64,000 nt of DNA from Acidimicrobiia bacterium (GTDB lineage: Bacteria > Actinomycetota > Acidimicrobiia > Acidimicrobiales > Bin134), in NCBI GenBank assembly GCA_022825005.1, contig JAJDYU010000042.1:84949-148948 (forward strand), given 5' to 3'. The notes beneath the pieces are model-generated. The model made no database searches and was not told the DNA's origin. It saw nothing but the letters and a program-made list of their open reading frames with translations. Shown piece after piece: positions 9,876 to 19,215 of the stretch. Both the position numbers and the translations under genes were made by a program. Position 1 is the stretch's first letter. Each line of letters begins with the position of its first letter.

Positions 9876-10685
9876 ATGAGCATCAAAGTGACTGCGCTGC
9901 CGGCGGCCTTGGGCGCAACGGTAGAAGGGCTCGATGTCGATCACCTCGACGACGGGGTAGCGGCCGAGCTGAAGGAGGCGTTCTGGGCCCACAAGGTGCT
10001 GTTCTTCCCCCAGGTTCATTTGACCAATGAGCAGCACGTGGCCTTGGGCTCGCTGTTCGGCGACCTGGAGGCGGTGAGCAACGACGACACCGACCATCGC
10101 TACCACCACACGGTGGACGATGAGGGCAAGATCCTGGTGCTGGACAGCTCCAACGAGTACTCGCGGGCCAACTTCTGGCACACCGACGTGACGTTCGCCC
10201 GCCAGCCCCCGCTGGGGTCGCTGCTGTCTATGAAGGAGTCACCGCCCTCCGGTGGCGACACCATGTGGGCTAATACCCAGGCTGCCTACGAGGGGCTGTC
10301 GCAGCCCCTCAAGGCGGCTCTCGAAGGGGTCATCGCCCGCCACGGCCGGGCTGGGCTGACCGAGTTCACCGATCACCCGGCGATAACCGTTCATCCCGAG
10401 ACCGGCAAACGGATCCTGTTTGTGAATCGGGGTTGGACGTCATCGCTCCAGGGGATGAGCCACCTGGAGAGCAGATGCCTGCTGGCCTTGCTGTGTGACC
10501 ACATGGAGCAGCCCGAGTACATCGTGCGGTGGCGATGGAGCGACGGCGACGCCGCCTTGTGGGACAACCGCTGCACCATGCACTACGCCATCGACGATTA
10601 CGGAACCGACCACCGCCGCATCCACCGGGTCACCATCTACGACCCCTCCGGCGCAGGCCCAGTTGCTGCCACCCCCGCGGCGTAG
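9876..10685 (+). CDS. TauD/TfdA-family Fe(II)/2-oxoglutarate dioxygenase
   Basis: 269 aa. WHTDVTF (HxD iron ligands), GGDTMWAN, RIHRVTI tail typical of the TauD family. Confidence 0.85.
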   Translation: MSIKVTALPAALGATVEGLDVDHLDDGVAAELKEAFWAHKVLFFPQVHLTNEQHVALGSLFGDLEAVSNDDTDHRYHHTVDDEGKILVLDSSNEYSRANFWHTDVTFARQPPLGSLLSMKESPPSGGDTMWANTQAAYEGLSQPLKAALEGVIARHGRAGLTEFTDHPAITVHPETGKRILFVNRGWTSSLQGMSHLESRCLLALLCDHMEQPEYIVRWRWSDGDAALWDNRCTMHYAIDDYGTDHRRIHRVTIYDPSGAGPVAATPAA

Positions 10686-12044
10686 CTAGAGCTCCAACAG
10701 CGCCTGTTCGACCACTTCGGTCAGCGCGGGATGGATGTAGAGCTGCCCTCGGGCCATCTCGTCCACGGTGAGGCCGAACTGCATCCCCTGGATGAGCTGC
10801 TGGATCAGGGTGGGGGCCTGAGGGCCGATGATGTGGGCACCCAGCAAGAGCCGGGTCTCAGGATCGGCCAGCACCTTGGTGAAGCTGGTGGTGTCCTCCA
10901 TGGCCCAGCCGTAGGCGGTATCGCTGTAGGGGCGAACGGCTCGGAGATAGGGCCGCCCCTCGGCCCGCAGGGCTTGTTCTGTGGCCCCGACCGCGGCCAC
11001 CTGGGGATAGGCGAACACCGCATGGGGAATGCCGGAGTGATCGGGCACCCGCAGGTCGTCGGGGTGGGCGATGTTGTGGGCCACCGCTCGGGTGTCCTCG
11101 TTGGCGGTGTGCTTGAGCTGAGCGGCATGGCAGATGTCGCCCAGCGCCCATACACCCTCCACCCCGGTGCGAAGATACTCATCGGTCACCACGTAGCCGC
11201 CTTCGTCTAGCTCCACCCCTGAACGGGTCACGCCCAGTTGCTCGCCGTTGGGTATTCGGCCGGTGGCCAACAGCAGCACATCGCCGGTCACATCCCTGGC
11301 CTCGGTATGAACAGCGACTTGCGATCCCGTTCGGGAAACACCGTCAATGGGGGATCCCAGCGCGCAGTCCATCCTCTGGGACACGATTTCGGTAAACGCG
11401 GCCGACACGTCCTCATCCTCGGCCCGCAGCAGCCGCTCGGAGCGGTTCACGATGGACACCGACACGCCCATGGCGTCGAAAACATGGCCCAATTCGGCGG
11501 CGATATAGCCCCCACCCAAGATCACCAGCCGCTCGGGCAGCACCTCGAGGCGCATGACGGTGTCGGAGGTGTGATACGGGACCTCATCCAGGCCAGGGAT
11601 CGGGGGGATGAATGGCCGGGCCCCGGCGGCCAGCACGATGTGGTCGCCGGTGAGCTGATGCCCCTTCACCTCAAGGGTTTTGTGGCCGACAAAGCGGGCA
11701 TCGCCGTTGAACACGGTCACGTTGTCGAGGCTGTGGCGGTAGTCCTCCCCGCCTTGGGCAATGGGATCGATGCGCCCGAACACCCGGCCCACGATCTCGG
11801 GCCAGCGCACACCGTCCAGCGAGGTGTCCACCCCGAGATGCCCGGTGCGGCCCGCTTGGTGGGCCATGTCGGCGGCGTACACGAACATCTTTGAGGGGAT
11901 GCAGCCCCGGTTGAGACAGGTGCCGCCGAATACGTCACGCTCGATCAGCGCCACCCGCCAATCGTCGAAATCGGGGGTGAGGACGCTGTTGCCCGACCCG
12001 GTGCCCACCACCACCAGATCGAAATGCTCGGGCGATTCAGGCAT
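10686..12044 (-). CDS. mtr: mycothione reductase-like pyridine nucleotide-disulfide oxidoreductase
   Basis: Start trimmed to MPESPEHFDLVVVGTGSGNS. GGTCLNRGCIPSK redox disulfide, GRIDPIAQGGEDYR, AYGWAMEDT and IHPALTEVVEQALL closely recall the mycobacterial Mtr pattern. Confidence 0.8.
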   Translation of the reverse strand: MPESPEHFDLVVVGTGSGNSVLTPDFDDWRVALIERDVFGGTCLNRGCIPSKMFVYAADMAHQAGRTGHLGVDTSLDGVRWPEIVGRVFGRIDPIAQGGEDYRHSLDNVTVFNGDARFVGHKTLEVKGHQLTGDHIVLAAGARPFIPPIPGLDEVPYHTSDTVMRLEVLPERLVILGGGYIAAELGHVFDAMGVSVSIVNRSERLLRAEDEDVSAAFTEIVSQRMDCALGSPIDGVSRTGSQVAVHTEARDVTGDVLLLATGRIPNGEQLGVTRSGVELDEGGYVVTDEYLRTGVEGVWALGDICHAAQLKHTANEDTRAVAHNIAHPDDLRVPDHSGIPHAVFAYPQVAAVGATEQALRAEGRPYLRAVRPYSDTAYGWAMEDTTSFTKVLADPETRLLLGAHIIGPQAPTLIQQLIQGMQFGLTVDEMARGQLYIHPALTEVVEQALLEL

Positions 12045-12052
12045 AGACGAGA

Positions 12053-12943
12053 TCAGCCGTCCTGGGGAGGCCCTTTGGCGGTTTGGTCCTCGTCGATGAG
12101 CTGGCCCCGGAAGCTGGGGTTGCGGCCCTTTTGGATGTCTTCGTGGCGATTCATGATGGCTGGGGCGTACACGTAGTCGGTCCAGATGTAGAACTGGTTG
12201 TCGAGCACGGCGTTGTACACCAGCTCGGCCACTTCGGACGGCTTCACTGCGTCTTCGTAGATGGCCATCATCAACTGGATCCGCTCCTCGTCCTCGGGGG
12301 TTAGATCGGGCGGGATGATCGGCGAGCGCAGCGTCTCTGGGCGGTTGCGCTCGGAGTTGATGATGTTGGTGGTCACTAGGCCGGGACACAGCACCGACAC
12401 GCCCACCGACGAGCCGCTCTCCTGGAGCTCGTTATAGAGCGTCTCGGAAATCGTCACCACCGCGTGCTTGGAGGCGTTGTAGGGGCCGATGTTGGGATAA
12501 GAAGTGTGCCCGGCGATTGAGCCGGTATTCACTATGTGGCCGTCACCGTGCTCCAAAAGATGGGGCAAAAACACCCGGAGGCCGTGAATCACCCCCCAAA
12601 GATTCACACCGAGCACCCACTGCCAGTCGGCGGTGGTCAGGGTGTGCATCAACCCGCCGGCGCCCACCCCGGCGTTGTTGCACACCACGTTGACCTGCCC
12701 GAACCGGGAGAAGGCCGCCTCAGCCAGATCGTCCATGTCCCCCTCGGAGCTCACGTCGGTGAGCACACCCACTGCGTCCACCCCAGCGTCGTTCAACTCG
12801 GCCACCGCAGCGTCCATGGCCGGGCCTTCCACGTCGGCGATCATGATGCGGGCCCCGGCCGCTCCGAATCGGTCAGCCATGGCCCGGCCCATCCCGCTGG
12901 CCCCGCCGGTGATGACTGCCGCTTTGCCCTGAAGAGTGTCCAT
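12053..12943 (-). CDS. SDR family oxidoreductase
   Basis: 296 aa. AAVITGGASGMGRA, NNAG, YNASK catalytic motif. Confidence 0.85.
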   Translation of the reverse strand: MDTLQGKAAVITGGASGMGRAMADRFGAAGARIMIADVEGPAMDAAVAELNDAGVDAVGVLTDVSSEGDMDDLAEAAFSRFGQVNVVCNNAGVGAGGLMHTLTTADWQWVLGVNLWGVIHGLRVFLPHLLEHGDGHIVNTGSIAGHTSYPNIGPYNASKHAVVTISETLYNELQESGSSVGVSVLCPGLVTTNIINSERNRPETLRSPIIPPDLTPEDEERIQLMMAIYEDAVKPSEVAELVYNAVLDNQFYIWTDYVYAPAIMNRHEDIQKGRNPSFRGQLIDEDQTAKGPPQDG

Positions 12944-12978
12944 GAGCCGACGCTATCGCCTGTCTGCAACAGAAAGCG

Positions 12979-14043
12979 GTGTCGGAAACTAGGGTTCCCG
13001 CCGTGAGCACAGTCAACGCTGTCGTGATGTATCCGCTGGCAATGGAGGATTCGGAGCTCGAAGACCTGCACCGCCGTTTTCCCGGCGTCAAGTTCGACAA
13101 CATCGGTTATTTCGAGCCTCATGGGCTGCGGGATGCCAAGGCCAAGGGTCGGTTCACCGAGGAACTCCTGGCCACTGCGCCGCTCCTGACAGAGGCAGAG
13201 AAAGACACCATCGCCGCGGCCGACGTGTTGATGGCCCTCGACCTGCCCCCGGGAATCAGGGATTGGGCGCCTCGACTGCGGTGGGTGCAGGCAATTGGCG
13301 CGGGCATTGGGCAACTCGAGCCGGCCGAATTGAAAGCCAAGGGCATCGCGTTGACCAACGCCGCCGGGGTGGCCTCTGCCCCGATCGCCGAGTTCGCCAT
13401 CGGCCGCCTGCTGGAGGTGTGGAAGGACATCCGGGTGCTTGAGGGTCAGCAAAGGGAACACCACTGGCAGATGCATCAAGGGCTGTTGGTGAAGGGGAAG
13501 ACCATCGGCATTGTGGGCTTGGGGGCCATCGGACGAGACGTGGCCCGTCGGGCCAAGGCCTTCGAGACAACAGTGCTCGGAAATCGCCGCTCGGCGCAAC
13601 CCGGCGACACCGATCCCGACGTGGATGAGCTCTACGGCCTCGACGGGCTCGATGAGATGCTCGCCCGCTGCGACGCGGTGGTGTTATCCGCCCCCCACAC
13701 CCCCGAAACCATCGATCTGTTCGACGCCGAGCGCTTGGGACGGCTCAAGCTGGGCGCGGTGGTGGTGAATGTGGGCCGGGGGTCGATCATCGACGAGGAC
13801 GCGCTGGTAGCCGCGCTGGAGTCGGGTCAGGTGGGCGCCGCTGTGCTGGACGTGACCCGAGAAGAGCCCCTGCCTGCCGACAGCCCGCTGTGGGACGCCC
13901 CCAACATGTATCTGTCGCCCCATTGCTCCACCGCCCGCGAGGGTTACAACGAAGCTCTCATGGAATTGTTCCGCGACAATCTGGAACGCTTTCTGGCCGA
14001 TGAGCCGCTTCGCAACGTGGTAGACCCCGACCGGGGATACTGA
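12979..14043 (+). CDS. D-isomer-specific 2-hydroxyacid dehydrogenase family
   Basis: GKTIGIVGLGAIGRDVARR NAD site, VNVGRGSIIDEDAL, LSPHCS. Start uncertain: GTG 12979, GTG 13003, or the ATG of MYPLAMED. Confidence 0.85.
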   Translation: MSETRVPAVSTVNAVVMYPLAMEDSELEDLHRRFPGVKFDNIGYFEPHGLRDAKAKGRFTEELLATAPLLTEAEKDTIAAADVLMALDLPPGIRDWAPRLRWVQAIGAGIGQLEPAELKAKGIALTNAAGVASAPIAEFAIGRLLEVWKDIRVLEGQQREHHWQMHQGLLVKGKTIGIVGLGAIGRDVARRAKAFETTVLGNRRSAQPGDTDPDVDELYGLDGLDEMLARCDAVVLSAPHTPETIDLFDAERLGRLKLGAVVVNVGRGSIIDEDALVAALESGQVGAAVLDVTREEPLPADSPLWDAPNMYLSPHCSTAREGYNEALMELFRDNLERFLADEPLRNVVDPDRGY

Positions 14044-14059
14044 GAGCAGGGAGAAGAAA

Positions 14060-14962
14060 ATGCCATCAGATGCCTACAACGCCGCAGTCGACGCGCTAAA
14101 GCAGCAGATGCAGGCGGCAAACGCCGGTCCGCCTCCTGATTTGGCTACGACCCGGGCCGGTTTTGAAGCGTCATATAGCTCGATGCCTGTTCCCGAAGGG
14201 GTGAGTTTCACTCCGGTGGACGCCGGAGGGGTTTCCGCCGAGTGGGTGACGCCTCCCGTGGTGGAAGGCAACCGGACCATCATCTACTTGCATGGCGGAG
14301 GCTATGTAGTGGGCAACCTGAATACCCATCGCCACGTGGTCAGCCGCCTGGCGGTCGGGGCCAAGGCCCGGTTGTTGAACGTGGACTATCGCCTTGCTCC
14401 TGAGAACCCCTACCCGGCCGCGTTGGACGACGCCATGGCCGCGTGGCAATGGCACCTGGCCAATGGGGGAGAGGCGGCCTGCACTGCCATCAGCGGCGAT
14501 TCCGCCGGTGGGGGACTGACCATTGCGCTGTGCATGAAGCTGCGCGACGAGGGTATGGAGCAGCCCGCCTGCGCCGCCCCCATCTCGCCGTGGACCGACT
14601 TGACATTCTCCGGCGATTCCATGACCGAGCGGGCTGACCGCGACCCCATGCTTGCCGGCGCCGACTCCCTGCACGGCATGGTCATGGCCTACGCGCAAAG
14701 CGTGGATGCCACCGATCCCTACATCTCCCCGGTGTTCGGCACCTTCGACAACCTGCCCCCGATGATGATTCAGGTGGGTACCGAGGAGGTGCTCTACGAC
14801 GACAGCACCCGAGTGGTCAAGGGCATCGAGAACGCCAACGGCTCCGTAGAGTTCCGCCCCTGGCAGGACATGATGCACGTCTGGCACCTCTTGGCCAGCG
14901 TGGCTCCCGAAGCCGAAGAAGGCATCGCCGAGCTGGGTGCCTACATCGCGGAGATGACTTAG
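14060..14962 (+). CDS. alpha/beta hydrolase (HSL-type esterase/lipase, fold-3)
   Basis: 300 aa. HGGGY oxyanion motif, GDSAGG nucleophile elbow. Confidence 0.85.
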   Translation: MPSDAYNAAVDALKQQMQAANAGPPPDLATTRAGFEASYSSMPVPEGVSFTPVDAGGVSAEWVTPPVVEGNRTIIYLHGGGYVVGNLNTHRHVVSRLAVGAKARLLNVDYRLAPENPYPAALDDAMAAWQWHLANGGEAACTAISGDSAGGGLTIALCMKLRDEGMEQPACAAPISPWTDLTFSGDSMTERADRDPMLAGADSLHGMVMAYAQSVDATDPYISPVFGTFDNLPPMMIQVGTEEVLYDDSTRVVKGIENANGSVEFRPWQDMMHVWHLLASVAPEAEEGIAELGAYIAEMT

Positions 14963-16068
14963 CTAGCCGCCAACCTCGCGCCCAAGGTGCGGAGCTGTTG
15001 GGTGCCGGCACCGAGGCTGCATTCGATGTGCTTGTTCCACAGGGTGTAGCGGTGCAGCGGGTAGTCGACGCTAACCCCCATGCCGCCGTGGACATGCTGG
15101 GTGGCGTGGGCCACGTCGTGGGCCCAGTGAGAGGCGTACCACTTGGCGATGGGCAGCCGTAGCGAAGCATCGTTGCCCATAGTCAAGTCATAGAGCACGG
15201 CGTTTGTGCACAGTCGCACCGCCTCCACGTGCATGAATTGGTCGGCCAAGCGCTGGGTGACCGCCTGGAACGTGGCTACCGGACGGCCAAACTGCTCCCG
15301 CTCGGAGGTGTAGTCCGCAGCGAGCCGCAGTGCTCGGTCCACCACTCCCATCTGGATGGCGCACAGCAGGGCCACCGCCCGGTCAGCCAACCAGGCCACG
15401 GACGCGCCGTCGGCATCCCCAATTGGCTCGCAGGGGATGCCGTAGAAGCTCACCTGGTGTACCGGTTGAAGCCGGGTGGACACGCCCGCTTCCATGGTTA
15501 TCCCGGGATCGGCCAGGTCCACCAAGAACAACCCGGTTCCGCTGATAATGCCGTTGTCAGTGCCGTCGTCGAGTCCCGCTATCACCAGGATCTTGGAAGA
15601 TTCGGCGGCGAACTCCACTACCTCTTTGGTGCCCACCAACTTGCCGTCCACCACCCGGGCAGTGGGATTGGTGATGTCATCGTTCAGGTACTCCTGTAAG
15701 CCGAGGGTCAGAACATTGGACCCATTGGCATAGCCGGGAAGCTCTCGCCGACGCTGCTCTTCGGAGCCGAAAGCGTCCACCGCCAGCGCGGCCAGCATCC
15801 CGCTCCACAAAGGAAGCGGGGCGACATGGCGGCCTTGGGCCTCCAGAACCTGGCCGACGGCGATCAGGTCCAGCCCACCACCGCCTATTTCTTCGCTCAG
15901 GCCGATGCCCACCAACCCAGCTGCGGCCAGTTCGCCGTAGAGGTCCCGGTCGAACCACTCTTCGGCGGCTTCGATTTCCATGAGCCGCTCCATGTCGAGG
16001 CGGTCGCCCATGATCCGGTTAGCCAGCTCGGAAACCGCTTGCTGTTCTTCACTAAGGGTGAAATCCAT
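14959..16068 (-). CDS. acyl-CoA dehydrogenase family protein (smaller member of an adjacent pair)
   Basis: Start trimmed to MDFTLSEEQQAVSELANRI (ATG comp. 16066-16068). ACAD N- and C-domain pattern. The upstream extension of the track ORF overlaps the neighbouring gene. Confidence 0.85.
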   Translation of the reverse strand: MDFTLSEEQQAVSELANRIMGDRLDMERLMEIEAAEEWFDRDLYGELAAAGLVGIGLSEEIGGGGLDLIAVGQVLEAQGRHVAPLPLWSGMLAALAVDAFGSEEQRRRELPGYANGSNVLTLGLQEYLNDDITNPTARVVDGKLVGTKEVVEFAAESSKILVIAGLDDGTDNGIISGTGLFLVDLADPGITMEAGVSTRLQPVHQVSFYGIPCEPIGDADGASVAWLADRAVALLCAIQMGVVDRALRLAADYTSEREQFGRPVATFQAVTQRLADQFMHVEAVRLCTNAVLYDLTMGNDASLRLPIAKWYASHWAHDVAHATQHVHGGMGVSVDYPLHRYTLWNKHIECSLGAGTQQLRTLGARLAAS

Positions 16069-16088
16069 TTGCCGTTCTCCTCCCTGCG

Positions 16089-17276
16089 CTACTTGCGCCG
16101 CTTCTCGCGGGGTAGGCCGAGTCCGGCCATTCCGATAATGTCCCGCTGGATCTCGTTGGTTCCACCACCAAAGGTCAGAATCCAACAGCCCCGGTAGGAC
16201 TCCTCCATCCGGCTGGAGAACTCGGCATGGGGAGAGCCCTTCTTGAGGTGGCCGGTAGCCCCTACCACTTCGGTCAAACCGGAGTAGATGAGGTGCATCG
16301 ACTCTGAGCCCCACACCTTGATGGTGGAGGCCAGAGCAGGATTCACTGTGTTGTTCACCGTGGACTCGTAGGCCACCTTCCAGTTCATCAGGTCCAAGAA
16401 CTCCACCCGGGCCCGGCACTCGGCCAGCTTGACCTGCACCCATTCCTGGTCGATCACCCGGCGGCCGTCGGGAAGTTTGGCCTCCTTTGCCCATTCCACC
16501 GCTTGGTTCACCAGATTGGCGATGCCCCCGGAGGCGCACAGCGAGACTCGCTCGTGGTTGAGTTGATTGGTGATGAGGCCCCAGCCCCCGTTCACCTCAC
16601 CCACCCGCAACCAGTCGGGCACCCGCACGTTGTCGTAGAACGTGGAGGTGGTGTGGGAACCGCCCATGGTGATGAACGGCTGGATGTCGAAACCGGGGTC
16701 GTCGGCGGGGGCCAAGAACATGGTGATGCCCTTGTGGGCAGGGGCGTCGGGGTCGGTGCGGGCCGCCAACCACACATAGTCGGCGTCGTAGGCCAGGCTG
16801 GTGAACTGCTTTTGGCCGTTGATGATCCACTCGTCGCCGTCGCGCACCGCCCGGGTCTTGAGCGCGGCCAGGTCGGTGCCCGCGGTGGGCTCGGAATAGC
16901 CGATGGAGAAATGCATCTCTCCGGCCAGGATCTTCTTCAAGAAGAAGTCCTTCTGGCGGTCGGTGCCGTAATCCCGAATGGTCGGGCCGACGGTGTTGAT
17001 GGTGAGGAAGGGCACCGGCACTTGGGCAGCCCATGACTCGTTGAAGAAGATGTACTGCTCGATGGGGGTGAATCCCTTGCCGCCGTACTCCACGGGCCAG
17101 CCCACGCCCAGCCAGCCGTCGCTGCCGATCTGGCGGATCAGCGCTTTGTAATCCTCGTTGGCCTCGGTCTCGGTGTGGCGGATCTTCTCGCGCACCTCAT
17201 CGGTCATGAGATTGGCGAAATATGTCCGCAACTCCTGCTGAAGCTCTAGCTGGTCATCGGTCAACTCGACGCGCAT
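16089..17276 (-). CDS. acyl-CoA dehydrogenase
   Basis: Start trimmed to MRVELTDDQLELQQELRTYF. GWLGVGWPVEYGGKG, FGGGTNEIQRDIIG C-terminal motif. Confidence 0.9.
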   Translation of the reverse strand: MRVELTDDQLELQQELRTYFANLMTDEVREKIRHTETEANEDYKALIRQIGSDGWLGVGWPVEYGGKGFTPIEQYIFFNESWAAQVPVPFLTINTVGPTIRDYGTDRQKDFFLKKILAGEMHFSIGYSEPTAGTDLAALKTRAVRDGDEWIINGQKQFTSLAYDADYVWLAARTDPDAPAHKGITMFLAPADDPGFDIQPFITMGGSHTTSTFYDNVRVPDWLRVGEVNGGWGLITNQLNHERVSLCASGGIANLVNQAVEWAKEAKLPDGRRVIDQEWVQVKLAECRARVEFLDLMNWKVAYESTVNNTVNPALASTIKVWGSESMHLIYSGLTEVVGATGHLKKGSPHAEFSSRMEESYRGCWILTFGGGTNEIQRDIIGMAGLGLPREKRRK

Positions 17277-17328
17277 GGGGTAAGTGTGCCAGCCCCAGCC
17301 CGCGGTTGATATGTCGTAGGTAGCATGG

Positions 17329-17946
17329 GTGGCTGTGTTGGTGGTGGGCCTGACTGGGGGAATCGGAGCGGGAAAGTCAACCGCTGCGGCCCGGTTTGGC
17401 GAATTAGGAGCAACAGTGCTTGATGTGGATGCCATCGGTAGGCAGGTCTTGGCCCCCGGGGGTCGAGCCGAGCAGGGGGTGATTGACGCTTTCGGCCCTG
17501 GCATCTTGGGCGAGGATGGCCACATTGATCGGGGGAAGGTAGCCGCCGAGGTGTTCGGGCGCCCCGACCGGTTGGCGGCCCTCGAGGCCGTTAGCCACCC
17601 GGCTATCAACGCGGAGCTCGATGTTCAACTCCGGGGCTTGGCCGACGGGGGAGAAGTGCAGGTGGTGGTGCTCGACATGGCAGTGCTGACCGAGAGCCGC
17701 CTGGGTCAATTGGAATCGGGGCGGGGCTATACCCAGGTGGTGGTGGTGGAGGCTCCCGAGGCGGTGCGCCTGCCCCGGCTCATCGAGCGGGGCCTCACCG
17801 AGGAGCAGGCCCAAGCCCGTATGGCCAGCCAGGCCACCGACGCTCAGCGCCGGGCGATAGCCGACCATGTGATCGTTAACGACGGCACTCCCAAAGAGCT
17901 TGCCGCGGCGGTAGATCAGGTTTGGGCTGAGCTGACCGGCGGCTAG
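17329..17946 (+). CDS. coaE: dephospho-CoA kinase
   Basis: 205 aa, GTG start. VGLTGGIGAGKST P-loop and CoaE layout. Confidence 0.9.
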   Translation: MAVLVVGLTGGIGAGKSTAAARFGELGATVLDVDAIGRQVLAPGGRAEQGVIDAFGPGILGEDGHIDRGKVAAEVFGRPDRLAALEAVSHPAINAELDVQLRGLADGGEVQVVVLDMAVLTESRLGQLESGRGYTQVVVVEAPEAVRLPRLIERGLTEEQAQARMASQATDAQRRAIADHVIVNDGTPKELAAAVDQVWAELTGG

Positions 17947-17961
17947 CCGACCACCCGGCCG

Positions 17962-19164
17962 CTACGAGCGAGGGACCGCCTCCCAGGGCTGGCCCTTGTA
18001 GGGATCGGGCTCCTTGGGCAGGCCCAGCACCCGCTCTCCGATTATGTTGCGCTGCACCTCGTTGGTGCCCCCGGCAATGCCCATACCCGGTGAGCTAATC
18101 ACCCCGTCGGCCCACTGCTGGCCGTCATCGTCGTCGGCCGCCCAGGCTTGGCCCGACGCACCGGCCAACTCGATGGCCAAGTCGGCTGCCTGGCGGCTGA
18201 TCAGCGCGGCGTTCAGCTTGGCGATGGACCCCTCCGGCCCGGGTGCCCGCCCCGCCTCGGCTGCCTGGCGGATCCGCATCCCGATGAAGCCCTGGATCTG
18301 CTCTCGGATGTGGAGATCGACCAACGCACTTCGGGTCACAAGATCGGTGTTGCAACCCCGCCTTTGGGCTTCGGCGATGAGCTGGGCACTGCCCATGCGG
18401 CCGCTCATGGCCCCCGAGCCGCCAGCACCGATGGCCACCCTCTCGTACATGAGCATGGCCACCGCCACATTCCAGCCTTCGCCCTCGCCAGCCACCAGAC
18501 AGTCGTGGCTCACCCTCACGTCGGTCAGGTAGATCTCGTTGAAGTGCGAGCTCCCGTTGATTTGGCGCAGCGGTCGGATGTCCACGCCGGGCAGCGACAG
18601 GTCGACAATGAACATGGAAAGCCCCCGGTGCTTGGGCTGGGCGGGGTCGGTGCGGGCCACGCACAGTCCGTATTCGCAGTACTGGGCCCCAGAGGTCCAA
18701 ACCTTCTGGCCGTTCAGCACCCACTCATCGCCGTCGCGCACCGCCCGAGTGGCCAACGAGGCCACATCGGAGCCGGCACCGGGCTCAGAGAACATCTGGC
18801 ACCAGAGGTCGTCGCAGCGGATGATCCGGGATTGGAAGCGCGCCTTCTGCTCTGGGGTGCCGAAGTCGTTCATCACCGGCAGGCACATGCCGTGGGAGAT
18901 GGCCGCCGGTACCAGCGGTGCCTGGTATCGGGACAGCTCCTGGTTGAACACCTCGGTGAAACTTTTGTCCAAGCCCTGTCCGCCGTACTCCACTGGATAG
19001 GTGATTCCCCCTAGCCCGGCGTCGGCCAGTGCGCCGTGGAACCTTCGGCACTCGGCGACCAGCGTTTCCTCGGTCCACTCCACGGGCGGTTCGCTGCGGT
19101 GAACGGCGTTCTCCGCGAGGAACTCCCGGGTTTGCTGGCGAAACTCCTCAAGGGTCACGGTCAT
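17962..19164 (-). CDS. acyl-CoA dehydrogenase
   Basis: 400 aa. ITYPVEYGGQG, IAGGTNEVQRNIIGERVLGLP. Confidence 0.9.
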   Translation of the reverse strand: MTVTLEEFRQQTREFLAENAVHRSEPPVEWTEETLVAECRRFHGALADAGLGGITYPVEYGGQGLDKSFTEVFNQELSRYQAPLVPAAISHGMCLPVMNDFGTPEQKARFQSRIIRCDDLWCQMFSEPGAGSDVASLATRAVRDGDEWVLNGQKVWTSGAQYCEYGLCVARTDPAQPKHRGLSMFIVDLSLPGVDIRPLRQINGSSHFNEIYLTDVRVSHDCLVAGEGEGWNVAVAMLMYERVAIGAGGSGAMSGRMGSAQLIAEAQRRGCNTDLVTRSALVDLHIREQIQGFIGMRIRQAAEAGRAPGPEGSIAKLNAALISRQAADLAIELAGASGQAWAADDDDGQQWADGVISSPGMGIAGGTNEVQRNIIGERVLGLPKEPDPYKGQPWEAVPRS

Positions 19165-19215
19165 GGCTCAGACACTACGACTCTCGACAATCGCCCAAAG
19201 AGTGGGAATGCGAAT

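Noticed and set aside
9147-10181. 344-aa minus-strand ORF
   Set aside because: It is antisense to the ligase and TauD genes, with H/R/G/V-rich composition typical of antisense frames.
17277-17328. Promoter hexamers (TTGATA / TAGGTA / TAGCAT) upstream of coaE
   Set aside because: The spacing between candidate -35 and -10 elements and the GTG start does not fit a canonical or leaderless promoter, so no promoter is called.
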